From assembly GCA_965217775.1 (NCBI GenBank), contig CBDCJH010000002.1, forward strand, positions 4,288,001 through 4,352,000: 64,000 bases of DNA, given 5' to 3'. Position 1 is the first letter of the stretch. Each line of letters starts with the position of its first letter. The notes under the pieces are model-generated. The model made no database searches. It worked only from the letters and a program-made list of their open reading frames with translations, and was not told where the DNA came from. Made by a program: the position numbers and the translations under genes. This document shows positions 1 to 12,476 of this stretch, piece after piece. Source of the DNA: Acidobacteriota bacterium. Lineage in GTDB: Bacteria > Acidobacteriota > UBA6911 > RPQK01 > JAJDTT01.

Positions 1-3000
1 CGTAGCGCAGCGGCCAAGGCGACGCATTGCCCAGAGCCAGAGAGGCGGCCTGGTGGCAATATTGGGCCCCTCCGCACAGACTGCTGTGGTACTTGGGCAA
101 CACAAAGGCGCTGAGATCGAACCACCGTTCCACCGTCGCACCCCCACCCAGACTTCCGTCGCGAATCCGGTCCGGTCGCTGGCCGGAGCGCCGGCCCTGG
201 TTCCACAGATCCCGGTTCACGCGGACTTCGAACAATGCACCCGTGGTCAGGGTGACGATTCCCGTGGCTTCCCAGCCACCCAGCAGCGTTTTCTTCAGTC
301 CGTCCGCATTACGGAAGAACGGAAGCTCCCAGATCGTCGAGTTGTAGAAAGTGTGGGTCCGATCCCAGCGCATGGGCGACTTCAGGCGGTGGCGCTCGAA
401 TTCCAGGGAATTGCGCCCGTCGAGCCAGACCCCGTTGATGTTGAGGGCCATGCCCTTGCCCCAGGTGTAGCCCATCGACATGGCCAGCCCGTCCTGGAAG
501 CGCCGTTCCAGCTTGGCCTGCAGGGAGTCGTAGTGCATGTTCCCATCAGGACGCATCAGGATGTTGGGTCTCAGTTGGGGGTAGGGCCGGCGAGCCCGCT
601 GCCCACTCCAGGACCGGGGCGCCGTATCGCCGGGAATCCAAGCGCGCGGGCCGGCCGTGACCGTGGCGGAGCTGGCGTGCCTCGTGCCGCCGCCCACCAG
701 CGTCTGCATATAGCCTTCCGGTTGGGCCACGTTGTGGGGAAGGGAATTTCGGATGTGCCGTGCCTGGTTGCCCACGTAGGCCACTTCCAGCTTGGTGCCC
801 TGAAAGATCTCGTGCTGGAGCGACAGGTTGTAGGAGTAAACTTGTCCTTCTTCCCAATCCAACTCCGGCAGGTAGCAGGTCCGGTACTCACCCACCGCGG
901 TCTGCGTCGGCAGATCCAGCCGCTTTCCGAGGAACAGGGTCGGTCTCTCCGTTCCCCTCGGCAGGATGCTGCTGATCGTGCCCGTGGCGGGAAGAAGCGT
1001 CCTGCCTCTGAGAACCCCGATCTCCTGGTCGTAGGTCAGGCCCGCTCCCAAGCGCAGGACCGTCCGGTTGGTTCCGAACATCCTCCACGCCAGTCCGAAG
1101 CGCGGCGCGAAGTAGCGCCACTTGGCCTTGAAGCAACCCCGTGTGTCCAGATTCCCGAAGGGCATGGCCAGACCGGTCGGGCCTTGGAAGCGCTCGATGT
1201 CGAAACCCTTCGGCATCATCCGCACCGGATCGATGCGGCCGTTGGCCTGCGAGTAGTCGAAAGCACAGTAGTAATAGTCGGTGGGATAGCCGCCGTCGGG
1301 CGTTCCTCCGTAGTAGGGCGGCCGCGGCTGCTCCCACCTCACGCCCAGGTTCAGGGTCAGGTCCGGCCCCAGCTTCCAGTCGTCGTTGACGAACCAGTTA
1401 TAGTGGCTCATGTCGAAGTGGGTGTAATAGAAGGAGTTGCCCTGGTTGTTGCCGGTCACCGAGGAGGGCAGCCCCAGCGCGAAGTCGGCCCAGGGCTCTC
1501 CGAAGGTGGCGCCGGTCACGGCTCCGGCCTCGTTGCGTCTGATCTGGCCGGAGGCGTATCCGTCGAACCGGTCTCTGCCGCCGCTGTAGGCGATCACGCG
1601 GTTGCCCTCCACGTCCAGGTTGCGGCTGTGCTCGATGCCGAATTTCAGGTAGTGGTTCCCCTTGCGCCAGGAGGCGGAGTACTTCGCCGACCATCCCCAG
1701 TCCGTCCGAGGCGACACCGTCGTTCCCCGCCAGCCCGTGTAATTGGAGGGTTCGATCCGCGGCAATCCACCCGGTCCCCGGCTTCCATCCGGGTAGTAGG
1801 ACACATGCAGGTGCCCGTCGTCGTAGCCCAGGTCCTCGGCCCAGTTCCGGTCCTCCAGCGGAACCGAGATCAGCCAGGAGAAACTCCAAATAGAGGCGCT
1901 GAGCTCCGTCACCAGGTTCGACCCGATGGGATTGACCCAGCTCATGGCCGTCTGCCAGCCATGGGACCGGTCCTGAAACTGCCGGCTGACCCCATGGAGC
2001 TCGGCTCCCGGGACGCCGAACCTTCCCGTGTGCACCGTCTCCGGAGAGTTCTGCCAACTGAAGCGGGCAAAGATCGTGTCGTCGGCGGCGAAGTGGTGAT
2101 CGCCCCGGATGGAGTACTTGTTGACCCGGCTGTTGCGAGTGTTGGGATAGCTGTAGTTCTGATCGGTGGCGCCGGCCACGTTGGGCGTCGGCGGTGGAAT
2201 CAATTCCATCGCCTTCAGGTAGACCGGACTCATCATGCTCTGGGGAATCCGGTTGTTGGGGAAAGGTTGCCGCTCTCCGCCCACCACGTCAAAGGGGTTG
2301 TAGAGCTGAGGAATCGTTCCGCTGGCTCCGGCGCCCGCGAAGTCTCCCCCGGTCATGGCCGCCGAAGGGACCGTCAGGAAGTCGACGCTCTCGAAGTCGT
2401 CGATGAACCGCTCGTAGTGGGCGTGAAAAAAGGTCCGGTCCTTGATGATGGGGCCGCCCATGGATCCGCCGAAGATCTGATAGTTCACCGGCAGCTTGCC
2501 GGACCCGGTCCGGTTGGTGAAGAAATTGGCCGCATCCAGGCGCTCATCCCGAAAGTAGTACCAGGTGTGCCCGTGGAACTCGTTGGTCCCGCTCTTGGAG
2601 AGCATGCTGATCACGGCTCCGCCGACGCGACCGTGCTCGGCCGAGTAGTTGTTGGTGATGATCTTGAACTCCTGCACCGTCTCCGGTGTGGGCTGGACCA
2701 CGGGCCTCTGGGTGACATAGCCCTGGTTGTTGGCCCCGTCCAGTGTGATCTGGTTGGAGTGGGCGTAGAGGCCGTTGAAGGAGGGGTAACCGCCGCCGTA
2801 GGCGTACATTTGCTGAGCGTACCCGATCTCGGACCGCTCCTGGACGCCACCCGTGGTCAGATAGGCCAGCTTCACCAGGTCCCGTCCTCGAATCGGCAGG
2901 TCCAGGATTTTCCTCTCCTCGATCACCGCTCCCACCTCGGCCGTGTCCGTGTCAATGATCGTCGTCTGACCCGTGACCGTCACCTGCTCGGCGATCTCAC

Positions 3001-3358
3001 CCGGCGTCAGAGTGAAGTCCACCCGGGCCACCTGGGTCACCTCCAGACGCACATCCAGGGAAATCTGCGTCTTGAAGCCCGGGAGCTCCGCCTTCAGGTC
3101 GTACCGGCCCGGAATGAGCTTGTCGATGAGGTAGTTTCCCCGATCGTCGGTCACCGCCAGACGCGGCACATTCGTGGCCATGGCCGTCGCCTCGACTTCG
3201 ACTCCGGGCACCACGGCGCCGGTCTGGTCCGTGACCGTCCCCAGCAGCCGTGCATAGGTGGTGGCTTGTCCGTATACCTGTGCGGGCGCCAACGCGGCGG
3301 CCAGCGCCAGGAATGCCATCGCCGGACACCATTGCCTCTTCGATACCTGAGCCATCAT
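1..3358 (-). CDS. TonB-dependent receptor, Oar/carboxypeptidase-regulatory-like N-domain type (3' end runs off the window)
   Basis: Manual minus-strand translation from ATG 3358, behind an AGAGGAGG RBS, reads MMAQVSKRQWCPAMAFLALAAALAPAQVYGQATTYARLLGTVTDQTGAVVPGVEV...GNYLIDKLIPGRYDLKAELPGFK, and later has QEFKIITNNYSAEHGRVGGAVISMLSKSGTNEFHG. It is missing from the ORF track because there is no stop inside the window; + ORF 53..3475 is its antisense shadow. Confidence 0.92.
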   Translation of the reverse strand, partial: MMAQVSKRQWCPAMAFLALAAALAPAQVYGQATTYARLLGTVTDQTGAVVPGVEVEATAMATNVPRLAVTDDRGNYLIDKLIPGRYDLKAELPGFKTQISLDVRLEVTQVARVDFTLTPGEIAEQVTVTGQTTIIDTDTAEVGAVIEERKILDLPIRGRDLVKLAYLTTGGVQERSEIGYAQQMYAYGGGYPSFNGLYAHSNQITLDGANNQGYVTQRPVVQPTPETVQEFKIITNNYSAEHGRVGGAVISMLSKSGTNEFHGHTWYYFRDERLDAANFFTNRTGSGKLPVNYQIFGGSMGGPIIKDRTFFHAHYERFIDDFESVDFLTVPSAAMTGGDFAGAGASGTIPQLYNPFDVVGGERQPFPNNRIPQSMMSPVYLKAMELIPPPTPNVAGATDQNYSYPNTRNSRVNKYSIRGDHHFAADDTIFARFSWQNSPETVHTGRFGVPGAELHGVSRQFQDRSHGWQTAMSWVNPIGSNLVTELSASIWSFSWLISVPLEDRNWAEDLGYDDGHLHVSYYPDGSRGPGGLPRIEPSNYTGWRGTTVSPRTDWGWSAKYSASWRKGNHYLKFGIEHSRNLDVEGNRVIAYSGGRDRFDGYASGQIRRNEAGAVTGATFGEPWADFALGLPSSVTGNNQGNSFYYTHFDMSHYNWFVNDDWKLGPDLTLNLGVRWEQPRPPYYGGTPDGGYPTDYYYCAFDYSQANGRIDPVRMMPKGFDIERFQGPTGLAMPFGNLDTRGCFKAKWRYFAPRFGLAWRMFGTNRTVLRLGAGLTYDQEIGVLRGRTLLPATGTISSILPRGTERPTLFLGKRLDLPTQTAVGEYRTCYLPELDWEEGQVYSYNLSLQHEIFQGTKLEVAYVGNQARHIRNSLPHNVAQPEGYMQTLVGGGTRHASSATVTAGPRAWIPGDTAPRSWSGQRARRPYPQLRPNILMRPDGNMHYDSLQAKLERRFQDGLAMSMGYTWGKGMALNINGVWLDGRNSLEFERHRLKSPMRWDRTHTFYNSTIWELPFFRNADGLKKTLLGGWEATGIVTLTTGALFEVRVNRDLWNQGRRSGQRPDRIRDGSLGGGATVERWFDLSAFVLPKYHSSLCGGAQYCHQAASLALGNASPWPLRY

Positions 3359-3654
3359 TTTTCCTCCTCTTGGCGGACGCTACCTGTTTCGGGCTGGTGC
3401 GAGGTATCGAAGCCGTCTTGCAATGGGTTGGGGCGGATTCTCTACCCCGGATTTGCTGTTGATGGTAAAGGATGATTTATTCAATCGCAATAACCAATTG
3501 GAGCGATGCCAGTTCGGGACTCCGTAACCATTTGAAACAAAACAGCTAATCAAGACTCAGCCATAAATCGGATGACCCACATTCAACCTGAAAAATTGGC
3601 TGTCGAGGCGGGACAAAAACTGGATGACTCCGGCTGGGCGCTCACCTGATTGCG

Positions 3655-3683
3655 TTGACCCCGGTGGAACCGAGGGTTAGACT
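3655..3683 (+). promoter_or_regulatory. sigma70-type promoter upstream of the 3717 gene cluster
   Basis: TTGACC-17 nt-TAGACT. Confidence 0.55.
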
Positions 3684-3716
3684 TGCGAATATAAATTCCA
3701 CTGCGAGGGTAACAAG

Positions 3717-5267
3717 ATGCCCACCTTTTCCACCACATTCTTTCTCCGCCTGGGAGCGATCGTGGCCTTGGCGGCGACCGGGATCCTGCTGCGGGATGCC
3801 CCGGACATGAACGCTTCCATGGGTGCGGGCTTCGACCCGGACGAGCGGTTCGTCCTGGAGTCCAATCTGCCCACCGGCCAGTTCTCCTTCGAGGTCCTGG
3901 AGCAGGGGAGCCGGGTTCACCTGCCCTCGCGCCTCTACTTCGCCCACGCCGACGGGCGCCCGGAAGTGCCTGTCGTGGGCCGGTTCCAGAACTTCCTGGT
4001 GACCGCCACCGGGCGTGAACTCAAGACTCTTCCCGTGGGCGAGTACGACGTGTATGTCACGCGGGGCACCGAATACACCCTGGACCATCAAAAGGTCTCG
4101 ATCTCCGAGGGACAGAGAACCCACCAGAACTTCACGCTGTCCCGAGTCGTGGACACCTCGGGTTTCATCTCCTCGGACTTTCACATGCATCTGACCTTCG
4201 CCATGCGGGACGGAGCGATCGTGTCCGCGGCCGAGGGGCTGGATCTGCTGACCGCCACCGATCACAACGTTCTCAAGGACTACGCTCCTCATATTCGGGA
4301 GCTGAATCTGGAGCCGTTCTTGAGTTCGGTCGTGGGCGCCGAGATCGACACGGTCTTCGGCCACTTCAACAGCTTTCCCTTGTCGGTGAACATTTGGGCG
4401 GAGCGGACTTTCCGGCATGCCATCCGTACGCCGGGGGAGTTTCTACGTCTCGTGCTTACGGACCCGGGAGATGAAATCGTCCAGATCAACCATCCACGAG
4501 GGAATCCGCCCAAACCGAGGAGTCGATACTTCGACGCCCGGTTGAATCCCGAGACCTCAGAAATCGAGTACCCCTACTTCGAGTACGGGTTCGACCAGGT
4601 AGAGATCTTCAACGCCAAGACCGACAGGGACAGAGAGAAAAACCATTACGGCCGCACGCCCCTGGTGGATCAGAAGCTCAAGGACTGGTACAGCCTCATG
4701 AACCGGGGCATCTTCATGACGGGCGTCGCCAACACCGATGCCCACGGGTATCCTCGCGAGCTTCCCGGCTATCCTCGAAACTACGTCCTTTCGGAAACGG
4801 ACAACCCCTGGGAGATCGACCCTGCGCGGGTGGTCGACGCTCTCAAGAGCAGGGCCTCCACGGCCTCCTTCGGGCCCGTGATCCGCTTTTCCGCCGGAGA
4901 CGGCAGCCCCGTGGGTTCCCAGCTCGCCGCCAGGCAGGAAGGCACGACGCTCCACATTCAGGTTCAGGCGGTCCCCTGGGTCCCGGTGGAGCGGGTCGAG
5001 TTGATCGCCAACGGCAAGCTGATTCGAACCTTCCCGGTGGAGAACCGGTCGGAGGTCGTGCGCTTTGACCAGGACGTGACCGTCCGGCCCGAGAAGGACA
5101 CCTGGTACGTGGTGCTGGCGACCTCGGATGGGAGGTGGGATGCCCCCTTTTCCCATTTCAGTTCCTTCTCCTTCACCAACCCCATCCTCCTGGACGTGGA
5201 CGGCAACGGCTACTTCGATCCGCCCAATCCGGGAGATCCCGGCACCCCTCCAGAGCCGAAAAAGTAA
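3717..5267 (+). CDS. Secreted PHP-fold metallohydrolase (CehA/McbA family)
   Basis: Signal-peptide-like N-terminus; PHP motifs SDFHMH, TDHN, GHFN, INHP, NTDAH. Confidence 0.85.
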   Translation: MPTFSTTFFLRLGAIVALAATGILLRDAPDMNASMGAGFDPDERFVLESNLPTGQFSFEVLEQGSRVHLPSRLYFAHADGRPEVPVVGRFQNFLVTATGRELKTLPVGEYDVYVTRGTEYTLDHQKVSISEGQRTHQNFTLSRVVDTSGFISSDFHMHLTFAMRDGAIVSAAEGLDLLTATDHNVLKDYAPHIRELNLEPFLSSVVGAEIDTVFGHFNSFPLSVNIWAERTFRHAIRTPGEFLRLVLTDPGDEIVQINHPRGNPPKPRSRYFDARLNPETSEIEYPYFEYGFDQVEIFNAKTDRDREKNHYGRTPLVDQKLKDWYSLMNRGIFMTGVANTDAHGYPRELPGYPRNYVLSETDNPWEIDPARVVDALKSRASTASFGPVIRFSAGDGSPVGSQLAARQEGTTLHIQVQAVPWVPVERVELIANGKLIRTFPVENRSEVVRFDQDVTVRPEKDTWYVVLATSDGRWDAPFSHFSSFSFTNPILLDVDGNGYFDPPNPGDPGTPPEPKK

Positions 5268-5297
5268 TCGAAGCGTCGGGCAAGAGTCTGCGGCGAG

Positions 5298-7052
5298 ATG
5301 CCAGTGAAAGACCATATCAGCCCGAACAGGCTGAAGTTGCAGGCAATCTGGCGGAAAAGCGAAAGCAGATCCGGAAATTATTTCAGTCGGCTTGTGCCTC
5401 GGCGACCGCATGCCGTCTGGAACTTGGTGATTGGTGCTTTTTTGCCATTTTGTGCTTTCTGCTTGATGCTTTTCCTCGTCCTGACAGAGGCCTCCACCCG
5501 TCCTAACATCATGGTCATCCTGTCCGATGACTTGGGGTTCTCCGACCTAGGTTGCTACGGTGGAGAGATCGAGACACCGAACCTGGACGGGCTGGCCCGA
5601 GGCGGCCTCCGTTTTACACAGTTCTACAACACGGCAAGATGCTGGCCCACCCGGGCCTCCCTGCTCACCGGTTACTACGCCCAGCAGGTGGGACGAGACG
5701 AGCTGCCGGGTGTCCCCGGCGGAAGCAAAGGCAAGCGTCCGGCTTGGGCCCGCCTGCTCCCCGATACGCTCCGGCCCCTCGGTTACCGGTCCTACCACTC
5801 CGGCAAGTGGCACATCGACGGGATGCCCGTGGCCAGCGGATTCGATCGATCCTACTACCTGCGCGACCAGGGACGCTTCTTCAATCCGAGGGTCCACTGG
5901 GAAGACGATCGGAAGCTGCCCCCCATCGAGCCCGGCACCGGCTACTACGCCACCACCGCCATCGCCGATCACGCCATCAAGATCCTGCAGGAACATTCCA
6001 AAGCGGACCGGGCCAAGCCCTTCTTTTACTACCTGGCGTTTACCGCACCCCACTTCCCTCTCCACGCCCTGCCCGAGGACATCTCCCGCTACCGCGACCG
6101 GTATCGACGCGACTGGGATCAAATACGCCGGGATCGGTGGCGGCGGATCCGGGAGATGGGCATCGTCTTCGGTCGGCTCCCCGAACGGGAACCCGACGTG
6201 GGGCCGATCCGGGAATTCCCCGGAACCCTGGAGGCGCTGGGACCCGGCGAGGTGAACCGGCCGCTTGCCTGGAGCCAACTGACCGTCAGGCAGCGTGAGT
6301 TTCAGGCGGTGAAGATGGCCATCCACGCGGCCATGATCCACCGCATGGACCGGGAGATCGGCCGGGTGCTGGACCAGCTTCGCCGCATGGACGCCTTCGA
6401 GAACACCCTGATCCTCTTCCTCTCGGACAACGGCGCCAGTTGCGAGCTCATTGTCCGCAGCGGCGGCCACGACTCGGGGGCGGAACCCGGCTCGGCCGAC
6501 ACCTATCTGTGCCTGGGCCCGGGTTGGTCGACCGTCTCCAACACCCCCTTCCGCCGCCACAAGATGTGGGTCCATGAGGGTGGAATCGCCACGCCGATGA
6601 TCGCGCACTGGCCCCGCGGCATCTCCTCCCGGAACGAGTTCCGACACAATGTCGGCCACGTGATCGACTTCGTTCCCACCGTCCTGGAGCTGGTCGGGCC
6701 GGCAGGCCAAAGGAGTTCGACAGGTAAGCCGGATCCCTCTCCTCCACTTCCGGGAAAGAGCCTGGTTCCGGTCTTTTCCCAGGATGGAACCGTCGCCCGA
6801 GATCACCTCTGGTGGTACCACGAGAAGAATCGGGCGGTGCGGGCCGACCGTTGGAAGCTGGTATCGGAAGGCCCGGAGGGTCCGTGGGAGCTCTACGACT
6901 TGGAGACCGACCGCACCGAAACCAGCGATCTGGCCTCAGAGCATCCCGGCAAGGTGCGCCAGATGGAGGAGTTGTGGACGAGACGGATGAAGGAGTTCCG
7001 CTCGCTGGCATTGAAAGACCACGCCGAGCGAGATAGGGGGAAAGAGGAGTGA
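5298..7052 (+). CDS. Arylsulfatase (formylglycine-dependent); real start probably downstream (~5427-5466)
   Basis: RPNIMVILSDDLG, CWPTRASLLTG (CxPxR), GKWH, SDNG, WELYDL motifs. Confidence 0.93.
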   Translation: MPVKDHISPNRLKLQAIWRKSESRSGNYFSRLVPRRPHAVWNLVIGAFLPFCAFCLMLFLVLTEASTRPNIMVILSDDLGFSDLGCYGGEIETPNLDGLARGGLRFTQFYNTARCWPTRASLLTGYYAQQVGRDELPGVPGGSKGKRPAWARLLPDTLRPLGYRSYHSGKWHIDGMPVASGFDRSYYLRDQGRFFNPRVHWEDDRKLPPIEPGTGYYATTAIADHAIKILQEHSKADRAKPFFYYLAFTAPHFPLHALPEDISRYRDRYRRDWDQIRRDRWRRIREMGIVFGRLPEREPDVGPIREFPGTLEALGPGEVNRPLAWSQLTVRQREFQAVKMAIHAAMIHRMDREIGRVLDQLRRMDAFENTLILFLSDNGASCELIVRSGGHDSGAEPGSADTYLCLGPGWSTVSNTPFRRHKMWVHEGGIATPMIAHWPRGISSRNEFRHNVGHVIDFVPTVLELVGPAGQRSSTGKPDPSPPLPGKSLVPVFSQDGTVARDHLWWYHEKNRAVRADRWKLVSEGPEGPWELYDLETDRTETSDLASEHPGKVRQMEELWTRRMKEFRSLALKDHAERDRGKEE

Positions 7053-8269
7053 GACTGAAACTCAGGAATCTCGCTGTCGTCAGCCTGTTGGGATTCAGCT
7101 TGACTTCGCTGGTGCCGGGGGAGGCCGGGAACCTGGGAAGGCTCACCTATCACCCCTGGGTCCGGGGGCCCTCCAGGCAACCGGGGCAACACCTGATGGA
7201 AATTCCGTCGGCTCTGGTCACTGAAAACGGAGAGAAGGTGGAGTCCGCAGAGGATTGGTATGCGCGCAGGAGACCCGAGCTGGCCGAGCTCTGGACCCGG
7301 ATTCTGGGCAAGCTGGGCCCAACGCCGGAAGATCGCCGTTGGTTCGGGGACATCACCGAAGTCAAAGTCCATAGCCGCCAGGAGCGTGAGGGCTATACGC
7401 GGATCCACCTGGGGCTCCCGATCGAGGTCGATTTTTTGCAGGACCACCTCTTGCTGCTGCCCAAGAACCAGGGAGCCGGACCGTTTCCGGCCGTCATCGC
7501 CTGGGCCGCCACCAGTTCCGATTACGATGCCCCGGAGCACTGGTGGGGCAGCTACCTGGCCCGGCGCGGCTTCGTGGTGCTGACCAGCCAATCCTTCATC
7601 AAGAAGTACCGGGGAGGAAAATCGTTTCTGACGGAGGTGCAGAAGAAACTCTATTCCCGTTTCGGACACTGGCTGCCCATGGGCAAGATGGTCCACGACG
7701 TCTCCCGGGAGGTGGAGTACCTGAATTCCCTGCCGGAGGTGGATGCGGACCGGATCGGATTCATGGGGTTTTCCCTGAGCGCCAAGGCGGCCATCTACGT
7801 TGCCGCCTTCGTCCCCGAGATCAAGGCGACGGTCTCTTTCGATCCGGGAGTCGCCCTCAACGGCAGGACCAACTGGTTCAAACCCTGGTACCTGGACTGG
7901 CTGAAACGGTTTCCCGGAATCCCCACCCAGGACTACCCGATTCACGACCTGCGAGGCACCGTCCTGAGTCTGCTGAACCCCGACGTGAGACGCCCCGGAC
8001 TCGAGCGCAATCACCACGAGCTGATAGCGATGTGCGCGCCCCGGGCCTTCATGCTCATCGCCGCACGCATGGCCGACCTGCACAACGAGGGCTATTGCAA
8101 CCGGGCGGCGGAAGTCTACGAAATGCTGGGAATACGGGAACGATTCGAATACGTGCCCACCCCGGACGGACACTCGGCGAACGGACCCCACATCGATCCG
8201 GCCTGGCAGAGGTTCTTGCGCAAGTGGCTGGTCGAAATGCCGCTTGACTTTGCCGGATACGAAAGATGA
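7049..8269 (+). CDS. Secreted alpha/beta hydrolase (dienelactone hydrolase/acetylxylan esterase-like)
   Basis: GPFPAVI, LPEVDADRIGFMGFSLSA nucleophile elbow, HELIAMCAPR; GTGA overlap with the sulfatase stop. Confidence 0.8.
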   Translation: MRLKLRNLAVVSLLGFSLTSLVPGEAGNLGRLTYHPWVRGPSRQPGQHLMEIPSALVTENGEKVESAEDWYARRRPELAELWTRILGKLGPTPEDRRWFGDITEVKVHSRQEREGYTRIHLGLPIEVDFLQDHLLLLPKNQGAGPFPAVIAWAATSSDYDAPEHWWGSYLARRGFVVLTSQSFIKKYRGGKSFLTEVQKKLYSRFGHWLPMGKMVHDVSREVEYLNSLPEVDADRIGFMGFSLSAKAAIYVAAFVPEIKATVSFDPGVALNGRTNWFKPWYLDWLKRFPGIPTQDYPIHDLRGTVLSLLNPDVRRPGLERNHHELIAMCAPRAFMLIAARMADLHNEGYCNRAAEVYEMLGIRERFEYVPTPDGHSANGPHIDPAWQRFLRKWLVEMPLDFAGYER

Positions 8270-8357
8270 AATTCGGGGAAGATTACCCCAAACGTCCCCA
8301 GATTCGCGGGGGTCGGTTCCTCGCCGGAAGTTGTCCCCGCCGCGATGGAACATATTG

Positions 8358-10946
<2,589 letters not shown>

Positions 10947-10968
10947 CGGTGAGGATCCCAGGAGGAAC

Positions 10969-12423
10969 ATGGAGATGGAAATGACGACACACGGGCTCCA
11001 GCTCCTGAATCAGACCAGGCGGCATTTCTTCAACCGCTGTTTCGTCGGTCTGGCCAACGTCGCCCTGGGCCAGTTGCTGACCGACGGCAAGATGTTCGCG
11101 GCCGGTGACGACCGGGCCAGGAACCCTCTCGCTCTCCGGGAACCCCACTACGAACCCAAGGTCAAGCGGGTCATCTACCTCTTCATGGCCGGAGGTCCCA
11201 GCCAGTTCGAGACCTGGCTCTACCGGCCGGAGTTGGCCCGGTTGCACGGCCAGCCCGCACCTGACTCGATCATGGAGGGGAAGCGCTTCGCGTTCATGGA
11301 GCGCTTCACCAAGGTCAAACCCAAGTTGCTCGGGCCGAAGCGGAAGTTCGCGCAGCACGGACAGTCGGGAACCTGGGTCTCGGAGGTGTTTCCCCACACC
11401 GCCACCGTGGTCGACGACCTCGCCCTGATCCACTCGGTGGTGACCGAGAACTTCAATCACGCCCCCGCCAAGCTCTTCTGCAACACCGGATCCACTCGCT
11501 TCGGACGTCCCAGCATGGGCTCCTGGGTCGGCTATGGCCTGGGGAGTGAATCCCAGGATCTTCCCGGCTTCGTGGTGCTGCGTTCGGGGCAGGAGGACCT
11601 GATGGGGGGCGCTTTCATGTGGAGCAGCGGTTTCCTGCCCAGCGCCTACCAAGGCGTCGAGTTCCTGAAATCGGCCGTTCCGATCCCGAATCTGTCCAGC
11701 CCCAAAGGCGTATCGATGACGCGTCAGGCGGCGAAGCTTGCCGCCATCCAGGATCTGAACCGGATTCATGAGCAGGATTACGGCGACCCGGAAATCGCGA
11801 CTCGCATCGCTTCCTACGAGATGGCCTACCGTATGCAGACCAGCGGTCCCGAACTGATGGACCTGAGTGGCGAAAGCCAGACCACGCTGGATCTCTACGG
11901 CGTCACGCCGGGCGAGCCGTCCTACGGCACCAACTGCCTGCTGGCCCGGCGCATGATCGAGCGGGGCGTGCGGTTCGTTCAGGTGTACCACACCGGTTGG
12001 GACCATCACGGGAACTTGAACGAGAAGATCGACGAGGTGGCGCTGCAGACCGATCGTCCCACCGCCGCCCTCATCACCGATCTCAAGCAACGCGGCCTGT
12101 TGGAGGACACGCTGGTCATCTGGGGAGGCGAGTTCGGACGGACGCCCATGGCGGAGATCCGCGAGAGCGTCGGCCGGAACCACCACATCGAGAACTTTCC
12201 CATGTGGTTCGCCGGAGGCGGCATCAATCCCGGTCAGACCATCGGAGAGGTGGACGAGCTGGGCTTTTTCGTGACCAAGGACAAGGTGGAGGTCTACGAC
12301 GTCCAGGCCACGATCCTCCACCTGCTGGGAATCGACCACACCAAGCTCACCTACCGCTACCAGGGCCGCGACTTTCGTCTCACCGACATCGGTGGTCACG
12401 TGATCGAGAAGCTTCTGGCTTGA
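10969..12423 (+). CDS. DUF1501 family protein (Tat-like signal)
   Basis: TRRHFF, KRVIYLFMAGGPSQ, WDHH, GGEFGRTP, RDFRLTD; GGAGG RBS. Confidence 0.92.
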   Translation: MEMEMTTHGLQLLNQTRRHFFNRCFVGLANVALGQLLTDGKMFAAGDDRARNPLALREPHYEPKVKRVIYLFMAGGPSQFETWLYRPELARLHGQPAPDSIMEGKRFAFMERFTKVKPKLLGPKRKFAQHGQSGTWVSEVFPHTATVVDDLALIHSVVTENFNHAPAKLFCNTGSTRFGRPSMGSWVGYGLGSESQDLPGFVVLRSGQEDLMGGAFMWSSGFLPSAYQGVEFLKSAVPIPNLSSPKGVSMTRQAAKLAAIQDLNRIHEQDYGDPEIATRIASYEMAYRMQTSGPELMDLSGESQTTLDLYGVTPGEPSYGTNCLLARRMIERGVRFVQVYHTGWDHHGNLNEKIDEVALQTDRPTAALITDLKQRGLLEDTLVIWGGEFGRTPMAEIRESVGRNHHIENFPMWFAGGGINPGQTIGEVDELGFFVTKDKVEVYDVQATILHLLGIDHTKLTYRYQGRDFRLTDIGGHVIEKLLA

Positions 12424-12476
12424 GACAGGAAGCCGGAAGGACAGGCTCTCCCGCCAGGCTTGAATCCCGATCTGCC

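Noticed and set aside
53-3475. 1140-aa plus-strand ORF
   Set aside because: Codon-aligned antisense shadow of the minus-strand TonB-dependent receptor, with no motifs of its own
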